A stretch of DNA of 64,000 nt, from contig OZ025760.1 in NCBI GenBank assembly GCA_964019335.1, positions 62,001-126,000 of the forward strand, written 5' to 3'. Origin of the DNA: Diplonema japonicum. Taxonomy: Eukaryota; Protista; Euglenozoa: Diplonemea. Within the stretch, counting starts at the first letter, position 1, and each line of letters starts with the position of its first letter. The translations under genes and the position numbers were made by a program. This document shows, piece by piece, positions 1-12,447 of this stretch. Below the pieces are notes generated by a model. The model ran no database searches. It was not told the origin of the DNA and worked only from the letters and a program-made list of their open reading frames with translations.

Positions 1-657
1 AATCAAGGTGCCGATGGTGGAAAAAGGGATGTTGTCCGTCCCGTTGTCGCAAAAGGGGTAGTTGTAGAAGTTGATTTCAGGTGGGTAGGTGGGCGGCCCC
101 CCGAACACAGTGTACCTCATAATGGAGATGATGGTTGTGTAGCCCCACAGTTTGATGTTTGCAGGGGTGGCGTGCTCCATGGAGCCCACCCAGAGGTTTG
201 TAAGGACTTCGCCAGGCGGGCCGAAGAAGAGCAGTTGTTTCCTTTCGTTTGCGGGGAACTTTATAATGGAGTTTAAGGCTTCTTGTGGAGGTGACGTGGT
301 GCACGGTTTTGAAGCAGTTGTGTTGGCTCTCTCGAGGGTTCTGGACGGGGGCCTTGGTGGCACTACTGCCGATGGTTCCTTTCTTCCCAAGAGGCCGCAT
401 GCTGGCTGAAGTTTGTGCGATCTTATCTGTTGGACAGAAGGCGGTGGGATGCCTCTGCACCACCCCGTCCCCCATCCTGCGTTGTCCTTCCCCAACCCAT
501 GCCTGAAGCCCCCTGTTACCGTCCGACTTCGCAGCCCGCCCTTTCTCGGTCCTGCTGACCGTGTCTTAGCCCTCCTCACTGGCGACGACCTCTGCCCTAC
601 CTCAGACGCACGCCGTGGCCGTTCGATGGTTACTACCGATGCTTGCGCTTCTTCCAT
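1..657 (-). CDS. Dual-specificity phosphatase-like protein, 5' part (runs off the window start)
   Basis: Manual translation from ATG at 657 stays open to position 1 (absent from the ORF track): ...PGEVLTNLWVGSMEHA...GYTTIISI...INFYNYPFCDNGTDNIPF, matching the N-terminal half of a DSP domain. The catalytic HCxxGxxR would lie outside the window. Confidence 0.65.
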   Translation of the reverse strand, partial: MEEAQASVVTIERPRRASEVGQRSSPVRRAKTRSAGPRKGGLRSRTVTGGFRHGLGKDNAGWGTGWCRGIPPPSVQQIRSHKLQPACGLLGRKEPSAVVPPRPPSRTLERANTTASKPCTTSPPQEALNSIIKFPANERKQLLFFGPPGEVLTNLWVGSMEHATPANIKLWGYTTIISIMRYTVFGGPPTYPPEINFYNYPFCDNGTDNIPFSTIGTLI

Positions 658-696
658 GAAATGGGATTGCGGGGGAAGAAATGGCCACCCGCTCTG

Positions 697-757
<61 letters not shown>

Positions 758-864
758 AGGCGGGGGTAAAGGGAGGATAAAAAAAAAAAAAAAAAACAAC
801 AAAAATTCTAATTTTTTTTTTTTTTTTATCTGTACACGATTTTTTTCTTTTTTTTTCTTCTAAA

Positions 865-1722
865 TTACACCCTCCTGACAGCCCCGCCGTCACCCAGCGC
901 TGTGTTCAGATGGTTCAGAATCCGTGAAAAGCTCTCCAGCTGTTCCGGCGGCGGCGACATCTCAAGCAGCACCTCTCTAGCAGAAGCAACTGCTGTCTCC
1001 TTGGAGTGGATGGAGGCGGCGAGTGTGGCGTGCTCTGATGTTAGGGTGCTGATGTTGCCCTCCATCTTGCAGCGTATCTGGTTCACCCGCAGCTCCGTTT
1101 CTTCAGAAAGCTGGCGCATCACCTCAAGGGAGTGGTCCTGCACACCCTTCAGGCGTGAAGTGTGTTCGGCTTTGAGCTCAGCCATCTGTTCTTGGTGGCG
1201 ATCTTCAAGTGCTGTTTGAGCACGCCGTGCTGCTTCTATCATAGCTGTTTGCACTCTCTGTGGGTCATCTACAGAATCGAGAAGGTTTTGAAGCCTGCAC
1301 TTTAACTGGTCGTTTTCTTTCACCAGGTTTGTCACCATCTCTTCTGTTTCTTTCTTGAACTCGACATAGATCTTTTCCTGTTCACAATGGTTTTCCAACA
1401 GCTTTGTCTTGTAGCTCTTCTGCTTTTCCATTACCAAATTCTCCGCGGCGCCGGTGACCGACTCCAGCTCCCTGCTCCACTCCATCCTTTTCTGCACCAT
1501 CTCCTTCTGTATCTTCTCCACCTCCTTGGCCCTTGCTTCTTCCCGTTCCCTTCCTTTATTTCGTTCGCCTTCCAGCGCCTCCGTGAACACCTCCTTTAGT
1601 TTTTGTTTCTCTTCCCCTAGGCTTTTCACCATCATCTTCAGCCTTTGAATCTCACGGAGGGCACCCCCTAAGGTGGCAGGGGGCACACTTGATACATACG
1701 GTGCTAAGCCCAACGCATCCAT
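865..1722 (-). CDS. Coiled-coil hypothetical protein (285 aa)
   Basis: Long E/K/Q-rich ORF with heptad character; A-rich leader before the ATG. Confidence 0.8.
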   Translation of the reverse strand: MDALGLAPYVSSVPPATLGGALREIQRLKMMVKSLGEEKQKLKEVFTEALEGERNKGREREEARAKEVEKIQKEMVQKRMEWSRELESVTGAAENLVMEKQKSYKTKLLENHCEQEKIYVEFKKETEEMVTNLVKENDQLKCRLQNLLDSVDDPQRVQTAMIEAARRAQTALEDRHQEQMAELKAEHTSRLKGVQDHSLEVMRQLSEETELRVNQIRCKMEGNISTLTSEHATLAASIHSKETAVASAREVLLEMSPPPEQLESFSRILNHLNTALGDGGAVRRV

Positions 1723-2627
1723 TTCCCCCCCTTTTTTTTTTTTTTTTTCCGTTCCTAAATGTGAATAAAGGGGCGGGAATTTAAAAAAAAAAAAAAAAAA
1801 AAGAGTTTTTGGTAATCAGTGAACAGAGGGTTCTTCTTTGACGCAACATGAGAGGTTGCACAGGGGGTGCCGTGCCTCTTAGTTTTCGGATTTATCTTGC
1901 AACTCCTCATCAAGCAAGGGGGGAAGGGAGGGGGAAGGGGGAGAAGTAAAAATATCGATACATCTTCTTTTTTTTTCTTTTTCTCTTCTTCTGGTGTGAA
2001 GGCGGCCATATGGAAATACGGCTCTTAGATCCCCTGTAAAGAGCGGGAATTTAAAAAAAGAGAAAAAAAAGAGAAAAAAAAAAGCGAAGAGGAGGAGGAA
2101 GGGGGGGGGGGGGGGGGAAACAAAAAGATATCGTCCTTTTTTCTTTTCTTTTTTTTTTTACTTTTACAGTAACAATAATCAACATTAGGGGTTGCGGACA
2201 AATTCAAAAAAAAAAGGAGAAAGGGGGGGGGGAAGAAATAAAAATTTAGCTATTTCACTTTATATTCTTTTCACAACAGTCTTGGAATTTACCCTGTCCA
2301 AGGAGACAAAGAGAGAGAGAGAGAGTAGAGAAAAAAAAAAAAAAAAAAAAACCCCTCCTAGCGTAAAGTTATGTCCCCTCCCAAGTGCATGAACGTAATC
2401 TATCAAAGCGGAAGAAAGGAAAAAAAAAGAGAGAAACGAAAAACGGGGAGAACAAGGAGCAACATTTCTTTCACTCCCTTCCGTCGTTATTTACACAGAA
2501 GTGGGGGGGGGGGGGGGGGGGGTGTTATAGTTTTATGTAATATTGTACGTATTTACAAAAGAAAGGGGGGTGGCGAGGGCGTGCGGTAAATATATATTTG
2601 GCATTATTCTCCCCCCCTTTTTTTATT

Positions 2628-2738
2628 TCACTCGAGGCCCCATTGGAAGACCGTCAAATCTTCACCCCCAGAGGTCCACAGCACATTGTCCTTGCAATGC
2701 CACGCTACGTTGGTGACGGATGATTGACCGGTTCTGGC

Positions 2739-2782
<44 letters not shown>

Positions 2783-3106
2783 TTCCCCGTTCTTAAACAC
2801 ACCCAGTGGTCGACTTCGGGCGTCTCTTCAGCTCTCCCTTCATATCCAACCCGCTACCGATGCACGGGTGCCTGAACACCTTAACTTGACCATGTTCGTC
2901 AGCCGTGGCAAGAAGCGACCCGTTGTGCGACTTCGCCAAGGAGTTGATATCCGATCCATCGGAGTCCTTCGGCCAGATCCCCTGCACGGACCACCCCATG
3001 AAGGAGGTCTGCGTGGCCCAGACCACATCCTTGCTGGCCTCGGGGCTAACGACCTCTGCCTCTGGCACAGAGTAACATGTCAGAACGTAATCCTACAAAA
3101 AAAAAA

Positions 3107-3157
<51 letters not shown>

Positions 3158-5022
3158 TTAGTTCATACCTGTGAGGAGGTCTGGATGTACTTTGAATCGC
3201 TGGACCAGTCGATGCTGAGGATGACCCCTGTGTTCCCTTTGCACTCCGCGATTCTCTTGAACCCGTCGTCTACGCAGTAGATGTCCACAACATTGTCGGC
3301 ACCGCCCACCGCAAGAAGCTTCGAACAGGGTGAGAACTTCGTGGTCTGCACCCTTCTCTTCCTGTTTCTTACTCTGTACTGTTCGGAGAAGCCGTCGGTG
3401 ACGTTGAAGAGCGCCACGGAGCCCTGGAGGAACCCTGCTGCGAGGTAGTTCCCGTCTGGCGACCATGAGAGCGACCTGGCGGGGCCGCCAGCTCTTTCGC
3501 TTCCGATGCCAATGCTGCACTCGCAGTTGTGCGTGTCGGAGTTCCAGATCTTCAGCACAGCGTCGTCGCACACGGTGGCGAACCGTGGTCCGGAGGGGTC
3601 CTCGCAGACGGCCCACAGTTCGCCGTATCGTTGCTTTGCGTTGATGTCGCCACTGTGGAAGGCGACGAGGGGTTCCTTTGTCTTTGCCTTGAGGTCGATC
3701 TTCGAGATGGAGGCGTTGACGCAGCCCACCAGAAGCTTGTCACCCGACGCGTGCAGCGAGCGCACGCTGTTGCGTGCACAGCCATCCGCAAGGGACAGGC
3801 ACCACGTCTTCACGAACGCGTCGTCCCATAGACACACGTACCCGTCCTGCCCTCCCGACACCACCCCCATGCTGGTCAGCGCCAATGATGTCACCGGGCC
3901 GTTGTGAGCATAGATGATGCTCTTTTTTGTGTTTTGTGTATTTTCTTTTTGTTTTGTTTTGTTATTTCATACCGCCAGCTGCTTACTCTGCGAGCCCAGC
4001 ACGTATATCTCGCCCCCTGCTGTGCCGACAAGCATCTCGCCGTCGTTGCTGTGCCCGATCGACAGGAAGGCCTGATTCCTCCCCTTCTTCCCGAGGTTTG
4101 CGGAGGTTTTCACAAGACCTCCGTCTTTCATCTCCCAAAAGAAGAGGCATTTCACACCCGATGTGAGGAAGCAGGAGTTGGACTGAGGCAGCCACATGGA
4201 GTCGAGGGTGAGCTTGCTGCACCCGTCTGAGGATGTCTTCTGCCCCGACTCCCACGCGTAGACAGCAATGCTGTATGTATCGTCAAGACCGATGGAGGTC
4301 AGCAGCGACCCGTCCGCAGAGAATGACAGAGACACGACGCCTCGCTTGTGAAAACCGCCGAGCTTGGCCTTCTCGACTTTGGTTTCAACGTCCCACACAC
4401 AGATGACGGGGGCCTTGCCCAGCTGGGCGGTGGCAACCATTTTCGTAGCAGGGTGGTAGGCTATGGCGATGATGTCATCGGTGTGTCCTTGGAAGAAGGA
4501 CTGCGTGTTTGTCGAGAAATCGTGGACAATGCCAATGGACGCTGCGAAGTACACTGCCCTCTTGTCGTCAACCCAGAAGAGGGTGTTCCGGACGCACCTT
4601 GTGCGGTACCCATAGACGTACTGGAGCTTCAGGTTCACAGGTGGTGCGAGGTCGCGGTCGGGGTCGCTGAACTTCCAGTCTGTTGGAGGAACCATCGACA
4701 GCAGCCATGGCTTGGAGAGTGATAGGTCTTGCCTTTCCTCCTCCGTTGGCTCCCTCCACACAAAGTCCTCGCCTTGTTCGTCTGTCCCATCGTCCGCCAC
4801 AGGGGTCTGCTTTGCCGCCATTCTCATTGCCAATCGGGGTACTTCCGTCTCATCCTCGTAGTCGGACCCCGCACTCGCGCCATCTTCAGGGTCACCTTCC
4901 TCGAACACAAAGCCGCCGCCGCCGCTTTTCTGGCTCTTCAACACCTCTTGCAGCTTCTTAATACATGCCTCTTGTTTGTCCAGGTGTTCCTGGACCGACT
5001 GCGCAGAGCTGCCCGCTCCCAT
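2628..5022 (-). CDS. EML: EML/EMAP-family HELP-WD40 microtubule-associated protein, 4 exons
   Basis: HELP motif LKLQYVYGYR..RNTL, FFQGHTDDI, GWSVQGIWP..SDGSDIN and WD repeats. GT-AG introns at 3922-3972, 3093-3168 and 2734-2802 join the ORF pieces in frame. MGAGSS N-myristoylation motif. Confidence 0.9.
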
Positions 5023-5353
5023 CGATGCGAAAGAGTTGTTTTTTTTTTTGAAGGAGGAAAAAAAAAGGGGGGGGGGCACCTGACGGGGTTAGAGCCGGGG
5101 GAAAAAAAAAAAAGAAAAAAAAGAATGCTACGTAATACACAGAGGTGAGGAGGGGGGGTCTTTTTCTTTTCTTTTTTTTATAATCACAGTAAATACACGT
5201 TGTTTCAATAAACCCCATCTTGACGCTCCGGGAGGGGGATATCGGTATAATGTGTGTACCACGGTAGATATATATATTTCTTTTTCATTTTATTCTTTTC
5301 TTTTTCTTTTTTTTCTTTTTTTTTTTTTTGCATTCTAGGTTCCGATCTATTTG

Positions 5354-6643
5354 TCACACCCAAGAGGCGTCTGTCCACGTTCTGAGCATGGATTTCCGTT
5401 CTGATACAGGGGGGAGGGGAGGGGGTTCGAGCCCAGGGGGTGAATAGGCAACTGGCTCGGGAACAGGAACAGGTGGAGTCCGAGGAGGGGGAGGTGCAAC
5501 AACCGAGGGCATGGGCTCCTGTTCGTAGGTGGCCTTCCTCCTAGGCTTAGGACGGAAATAAAGAACACCCACGGCGGCCCAACAGAAGGCAGTAAACGCT
5601 CCTAGCACCAACCACAGCGGGGCATCCGAGTCATCTGAGACCGAGGGTGCAGGAGGTGTGCCTTTGGCACTGCATGAGGTACTGTCCCACTCACATGTCT
5701 CGTTTCCAAACCCGCACAGCCCCCTTGAGTGCATTGCCCTGCACGACATCTCCTTGAAAAGCACGCCTTCTATCCCCAAAGGCACGCAGTACTCCAAGTC
5801 CCCGCCGCCCCCGTGACACGATGCAGGGCAGCACGCCACCTTCCAAAGGAACTCCAAATGCAGCTCTGCCGCTGTCAACCCGTTCATTCTCAGCTTCGGG
5901 TCAACAGGCACACATCCGCAGCATGGTGAACAGCTGCCCGAGAAGGTCACCCGAAGCACCTCCTGAGCATCATTCAAAACCCAGTACGCAGCCACCCGTT
6001 TCGGGTCGATCAGCATGATGGAAGCAAGCTTCGCAACCCAACCTGTGGTGCTGAAGCGTGCATCTCCCAGCTCCTGCAGCAAGTAAGGCCGCACGGAGAG
6101 AACAACCTCCGTGTCCGGGAAGGTGTAGGTAAAGGAGACACCCTCTGTGGAGGTAGCAGTGCGCAACGTCTGCGAGGGTGTGCTGGTGACAGTGAGCGTG
6201 GGAAGGGTCAGCGATAGTGACACACTGGAGGTTGCAGTGAGGGAGGTGGTCATGGTGCCAGACAGAGATGCCGTCAAGCTGGCGCTGTTAGTGGGTGACA
6301 GGGTGGCGGACAGCGTCTCTGTGAAGGTTGCCGTGGGAGAGACAACGATGGTCAACGAGAGCGTGTCTGTGAGGCTAGCTGTCAGCGACGCAGTGCTGGT
6401 GGGGGTCAAGGTTACAGACACAGACTCTGTGGCACTGAGGGACAGACTGTGTGTGACTGACAATGTGGCCGTGCTGCTGGGAGTCAAGGTGGCTGACAGC
6501 GTGATGCTGGGCGACAGGCTGTTCGTGGCCGTTGGCGTGGCGGTGCTGGTGAGGGTCGCCGTCTCGAGGGTCCTGGTCAGCGACAGCGACGGCGTCATGG
6601 TTGCCCCCACCACCCACAGCACCACACCTAGTTGCAGAAGCAT
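5354..6643 (-). CDS. Mucin-like type I membrane protein
   Basis: Signal peptide, long Thr/Ser-rich alternating repeat, Cys-rich domain, TM helix (LWLVLGAFTAFCWAAVGVLYF) and Pro-rich tail. Confidence 0.85.
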   Translation of the reverse strand: MLLQLGVVLWVVGATMTPSLSLTRTLETATLTSTATPTATNSLSPSITLSATLTPSSTATLSVTHSLSLSATESVSVTLTPTSTASLTASLTDTLSLTIVVSPTATFTETLSATLSPTNSASLTASLSGTMTTSLTATSSVSLSLTLPTLTVTSTPSQTLRTATSTEGVSFTYTFPDTEVVLSVRPYLLQELGDARFSTTGWVAKLASIMLIDPKRVAAYWVLNDAQEVLRVTFSGSCSPCCGCVPVDPKLRMNGLTAAELHLEFLWKVACCPASCHGGGGDLEYCVPLGIEGVLFKEMSCRAMHSRGLCGFGNETCEWDSTSCSAKGTPPAPSVSDDSDAPLWLVLGAFTAFCWAAVGVLYFRPKPRRKATYEQEPMPSVVAPPPPRTPPVPVPEPVAYSPPGLEPPPLPPVSERKSMLRTWTDASWV

Positions 6644-6695
6644 TTTTCGTTCATGCCCTCCCGCCTGCGATGATTTTTTTTTTTTTTAGAGGACC

Positions 6696-6735
<40 letters not shown>

Positions 6736-6864
6736 AAGAAGAAAGGAGAAAAAAAAAGAGGGAGGAAAAAGTCTTTCCCCCCCCCCCCCCCCGTTACCGC
6801 ACGTTCGAAGCTTCGCACGGAGGTTAGAAGGCAGAGTGGGTGGCAGCAAAAAAAAAAAATAAAT

Positions 6865-8450
6865 GGGTCGATTTCAAAAAAAACCCCCCCCCCAAAATGA
6901 GGCCAATTGACACTTTCGTTGCATCTTTGGGCATGCCGCCCCCTTTAAAAAAAATTCTCCATATTTCCCGGCCCATATTAGGAAAGAACCCGGGTCAGAA
7001 ATCGCTCAAGGGTGCTATTTTGACCTATGAAAAATTCAGTCTTAGGGTAAAAATCGGGTTTTAGTGGTTTTGGTAAAGTCAGAGAGTATGCTTTCAATAG
7101 CAAGAAATAGCGAAACTCACTGCTAGAAGGTGGCTGAAATGATGTTGGAAGTGGAAACCTTCATTTCCTAGTCTTCTGCGGCTGAGATGTGCTGCTGCTG
7201 AGTGGGCGACCTCGTTTCTTTTTCATACTATTAGGCCTTCTACCGCATTTTGGGGGGGTTTTAAGAGGCTCATTCGTAGGTGTACTTGTGCTTTGGGCTT
7301 GTCATGGGGTGGCGAGTATTTTCGTAATTTGGTTACTATTCTTTCTCGTTTTTCAAGTCCGGGAAGGCTATCAGGAACGTCCTCATCCTCATCACAAGAT
7401 ACATAGACTGGGGGCCTTTTCTCTGCCCTGTCTGCAGCGAGTTCTTTGATGATGTACTTTGTTCCTTCTAGCTCGTGGACGCGCACGTAGCAATACACCC
7501 TCCGGTGTGCTCCTGAGCTCATATGCACCTGTAAAATCCGGAAACTCAAGAATTTTCTTTTTGTACGGGCCAAAGACATCAGTAACTACATGCACGGCGC
7601 ACCGTATCGTATTGGTGATGTTAGCTATTTGTTCCACAGTTTTAATTGCTGTGGAACGAGGCACCCAAAACCAAACACGAGAGAGCACACCAAAGTGGCT
7701 GTCCCTGTTGTTTTTGCCGTGTTTCTCCCCCAGAAACCACAGGGAAAACGTCCGATCGGGATATACATAACGAAGACCAAAAAGACAACAAAGTAGCAAA
7801 ATTCCTTTGCACGAAAGTGACGCCCACCGTCAGTCCAGAGTATCCACTCCATTTTTTTCTTTATTTTTTTCTGTGCCCATGCTACTGTGGAACAAGACTT
7901 TTCCAACAGTAAGGCCAGCTGCCCTTATTTCATCATGTGTGATGTGGTCAAGCCTCATGCCTCTGACCAATTGGCGCCGTGTGGTGTCTTGTTGGCTACT
8001 AAATCAACCAGAAAATGATAGCAGAAGTGCCGCTAGAAGTTCCCCTTTACACACTACGTCACAAACTAGTGCAGCACAGTCGTTGCCACTGAGCTTCTCA
8101 AAAACCTCTGTGGCGAGTGTCCTGATCGCCGTGGTGTCCCATTTACCCTTTCTCGGTCCGAATACCATTTTTTTTTACCCCTAGCTTCTCAACAGCAAGT
8201 TTAAAAGCATCCATTTTTGTCACCCCCTCTTTTACTGAATTTGTGCAAAGTGAAAAAACCCATTTTTGCCCCTAGGACTGAATTTTCTGGGTACTAGTAA
8301 CACTCACTTTCCCATTTTCTGGGGTGTTTTCTTTCCTAACCTGGGCCGGGAAAGTTGTAGAATTTTTTTTCTTTGGGAAAAAGTACTCAGAGAAATATTG
8401 AAAGTGTCAATTGGCCTCATTTTTTTTGGGGGGGGTTTTGAAACGATGCC
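6865..8450 (-). mobile_element. Decayed DNA transposon with terminal inverted repeats and a frameshifted transposase
   Basis: IR core tgaggccaattgacactttc (~6898) / gaaagtgtcaattggcctca (~8400) extends imperfectly to GG..CC termini. 8-bp direct repeat aaataaat on both sides. Transposase-like pieces WTDGGRHFRAKEF and EKHGKNNRDSHFG lie in different frames. Confidence 0.75.
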
Positions 8451-8504
8451 AAATAAATAAATAAGTAAACACGTCCGTTCTCTTTTTTCCTTTTTTTTCC
8501 CCCC

Positions 8505-9610
8505 CTACTTGAAAATATTTTTTAGCTTCTTCTTCATGGCCTTCTCGCCTGTTTTCTTCTCAGGGGATGTTTTAAGCTGGAGCTTTTGGGTCAGCTCCTC
8601 GCGTCTGCGTGTCTCATCCTCCTTTTTGTGTTTTTTTTTCTCTTTTTTTGTGCCCCCCTCCAACACCCTTTTCCTCCACATACCGATTCCACATAACTCG
8701 CTTGCCTTGCTTTTTTCAGCGGTGGCGACGGGTCACCATCGATACCACCATCTGTGAAAAGGAAGTTTTCAGGTGTTTTCTCATGAGGGGGTGTGACGAG
8801 GATGAGGTTTTCCTCTTCTTTTGCTGGGCAAGGTTCGCGAACAGCAGGTCCACCGGTGTATAGGGAGTACAAGGAAGGTGCAATATCACCACCGCCAAGC
8901 GGTGTTAAGCCACCATTACGCAACGCATGGAGCAGCTCGGGGGACTTAAGCAATTCCTCATAATAAGAATCAGGTTTGAACGCGGGAGTGTGCTTTGTCT
9001 GCCCTGGGACAGGACCAAAGGCGTCGTAATATGCCTTAAGCTCTCTGTCTTTTGCGAGAAGCGTTTGGTGAAACAGGTTTTTGCAGTATGCCAAAGCGGA
9101 AACGACACCTGTTAAAGGTTGCACCAACAACTCGGAGATAATTTTGACCCCTTCGTGGGGAGGAAGCTTGGATAAGGTCATCTCCCAAGCAAGGGGTACC
9201 GTCGCACCGCTGCTCGTGAGCCGCAAGGAGGTCTCGATAGAGAGCTTAATGTCAGAGTCGACGCAGGTTGCTTTGCAAACAGTGCCAAGCCCCTCTGATA
9301 TGACACTGCAGATGGCTTTGTAGTTAATGCTTAAGTGGCGAAGTTTTGTCTTGACTGTCTGATCCACTGACATCTCGGTCTCGTTGCACGCCCACACCTC
9401 TGTGTTTCTTCTTCCCACTATGAGTACAGAGTAGCTCCCCTCCCCCTCCCAGTACTTCCCCACGAGACCGCCTTCTTCTTCCAAACTTGTCTCTGTTTTG
9501 AGTATAGAATCGGACCCCGATCCCTGTAGCCTCTCTCTTGAAGCACACCCTACCTCCACCCACTGCTCCTTGGCGAGCGGCGTCCGATGGGACTCTGGGA
9601 AATAGTTCAT
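8505..9610 (-). CDS. NHEJ1: XLF/Cernunnos non-homologous end-joining factor, 2 exons
   Basis: LVQPLTGVVSAL...LLAKDRELKAY resembles the XLF coiled-coil signature. Removing intron 8622-8683 gives a C-terminus KKKLKNIFK, like the XLF Ku-binding motif. Confidence 0.75.
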
Positions 9611-10198
9611 TTTTTTTTTTTTTCCCTTCTTTGGAAAGCGTACTATTATTATTGGCGGGGGGGGGGGGGATACAAAAAAGAAAGAAGGGGGGGCAGTGAT
9701 GACCTGATTACTTGTTTTTTTTTTCTTTTTTTTTTTACCCCCTTCTTTTATAACACAAATAAAAGAGGGGGTAGACTTTGCGCCGGCTTCTCTTCCTACA
9801 ATTATTTTCGCATCATATCTCTCCCTCATGCAAATGAGAAAAAAAAATAAACGAGACCTTATGGCAAGAAACGTGACGTCGTTTCGATACTATGCCTCCT
9901 TGCTACCTCTGTCTGCATCCCCCCCCCCCCCCCCCCCCCCGAATGTGACTCCTTTCGATACTTTACCTCCTTTAAATTATTTCATGATACATTTACACTC
10001 ACGTTATTTCCTTTTTTTTTTTTTTTTTTTTAAAGTCACTCTGGCCTGTTACAAGGCGTTCTGACTGGAAACTGAATCACAAATAAAACATGGCTAGAAA
10101 AAAAAAATGGGGCAAAGGGGGTGGGAGAAGAAAAAAAAAATGAACTATGGCAAGGTAATGTTTTTCTTTTTTTTTTTTTTTTTTTTTTTAAAGCCTGT

Positions 10199-10485
10199 TT
10201 ACATCCCTTCGTAGATCTGTCCAGGGAAGCACTGGTCGAACTGTGTGGTGGGTGTTGTCAAGTGCTGGGTGTTGAAGAGCATACCGTCTGCTTGGGGTGC
10301 TTGCTTTCCCAGTGGGACTTCATCTCAATGTTACGGGCTGTCGCCTTGAATTCAGTTCTGCACACGCTGCACGGGACCTTGGGTGCTGCGGCCTTCTTCA
10401 CCTTACCAGACACATCCAACTCAACACCGTTCCTGGCCCTTTCGGCGGCCTTGGACTTCCTCATGTCTGCGTGCGACTTGCCCAT
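10199..10485 (-). CDS. Small C2H2 zinc-finger protein (ZNF706/At2g23090-like), copy 1
   Basis: CSVC...HWESKHPK; intron 10241-10284 gives the C-terminus FDQCFPGQIYEGM*. Confidence 0.8.
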
Positions 10486-10885
10486 TTCTTTTTTTTTCTT
10501 TCTCTTCTTGTGTGTCTGTAATATAATTGATAGAGAACCCACTCGAGGACCGGGATAAAAAAAATAAAGAAATGCAAAGACAAAGAATGGGAAGGGGGGG
10601 GGACCAATGATAATAAAAGAAGGGGAAAAAAAAAAAGAAACTGGCATGCGAGAGGGATTAATAAACAAAGGGGGGATAATTTTTTAAGGCTCTTTTTTTT
10701 TTTTTTTTTATAAAGAAAGGGGGATCCTCAAGGCAAGGTGATAATAGTGATCTGATTTATTATTATTGGGACAGACTATGCGGCATTTGTCGATGGGGGG
10801 GGGGGGGGGGGGGTTTGCTTCAAGGGCAAACCCCACCTGAGAACTACCCATGGCGAAAAAAAAAACCCCCCCCCCAACCACCTGT

Positions 10886-11175
10886 TTACATCCCTTCGTA
10901 GATCTGTCCAGGGAAGCACTGGTCGAACTGTAGTGTGGTGGGTGTTGTCAAGTGCTGGGTGTTGAAGAGCATACCGTCTGCTTGGGGTGCTTGCTTTCCC
11001 AGTGGGACTTCATCTCAATGTTACGGGCTGTCGCCTTGAATTCAGTTCTGCACACGCTGCACGGGACCTTGGGTGCTGCGGCCTTCTTCACCTTACCAGA
11101 CACATCCAACTCAACACCGTTCCTGGCCCTTTCGGCGGCCTTGGACTTCCTCATGTCTGCGTGCGACTTGCCCAT
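10886..11175 (-). CDS. Small C2H2 zinc-finger protein, copy 2
   Basis: Coding sequence identical to copy 1 by inspection; intron 10928-10974. Confidence 0.8.
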
Positions 11176-11719
11176 TTTTTTCTTTTTTTTTTTTTTTTTT
11201 TTCCCTTTTCTTGTGTGTCTGTAATATAATTGGTAGAAAACCCACCCAGCACTGCTAATGCAGTAGATCGGTGGGGGGGAATGCAAAGACTAAGGGACAG
11301 ATGATAAAAAAAAAAAAAAAAAAGAGGCCATTTTAGAGGGGACGAGAATTGTTCGTGTGTCTGAAAGCTATCCCCTTCCTCAAAAAAAAGAAAAGAAAAG
11401 AAAAGAAGAAGAGGGAGGGGGGAAACTCGCGAGAGGGATAAAAGACAAAAAGAAAATAACTACTCATCTATAGAAAAAAAAATCAGATGCTCTGCTTTCA
11501 TAGTTTTAAGGGCAACCACAGCTTGATGACGAGAAACAAAAAAAAAAAAAAAAAAAAAAAAGAAAAAAGAAAAAAAGAGTCGGCTGATTGTTTGTGCAAG
11601 CCGTTTTCACCTACAGTAGGGGTAAACGGGCAAGCTGCCTCTACTCTTTTTTTGCAATAACAATTCTTTTCAAAAATTTGTTTACTTGTTCCAGCAAAAA
11701 AAAAAAAAAAAAAAGATGT

Positions 11720-12393
11720 CTTTGAAGGGAACCTGCAGTATGTGACAGGATCGCCTAACGACAATCAACCCATCTAGTGTTTGATCCCTTCTGTCGTGGT
11801 AGTGCCTTTAGGCCCGTCGTGGTATCTCATCAGCAGCTTGGGCGTGAAACCAACTAGCGAGTTGTTGAGGATGCAATGCGTTCGCAGTTGTTCCTCTAGG
11901 ATCGGGTGGGTTGCCTTCGGGGACGCGAAGACCGGACGAGTGGAGTATCCAATGATGGAATGGCTGTGGAGCCCCAGGGTACGCAGTGAGTGTACTGACT
12001 TCTTAGTTCTGCTGAAATCAGGTGATCAGACTTGTCAGGCCTATGTCCATATCAGAGGTAATGCCGTGTAGACGGGCGCAACTTGGCCAGCTGACGTGGT
12101 CTTGCACCAGCCGAATGCGGTCAGTGTTGGCCGTTCTGCAGTCGGCGTGCGCCGGGCATTGCCAGATCGTATGCTGTAGTAGGGAGCTGGTCCCGTTCCC
12201 AATGTTATGGTGTGCCACACCCCGGGCATTTCGTATGTGAGCCGTTCATGTCGCCGTAAGCTCTGGGGTGTAGGGGAAGCATCGCGCCCGCAATGGCACA
12301 AAGTATCCTCCTTGCTTTCTGCGGGTCGGTGGTCGTCACCTCGTTGTGGAGGAAGTTCGTTTTCTCCTCGTCAATGCCTGTTTCGACCCCCAG
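11720..12393 (-). mobile_element. Fragment of non-LTR retrotransposon (LINE) ORF, zinc-knuckle region
   Basis: Disrupted frames give GIDEEKT..ILCAIAGA..CPGCG..LQHTIWQCPAHADCR..WPSCARLHGI, the CCHC region C-terminal to LINE reverse transcriptase. Boundaries approximate. Confidence 0.6.
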
Positions 12394-12395
12394 GT

Positions 12396-12426
<31 letters not shown>

Positions 12427-12447
12427 AAAAAAAACCCAACCACCTGT

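Noticed and set aside
2243-2290. tttagctattt resembling the Crypton-like left end
   Set aside because: No hairpin or matching right end follows.
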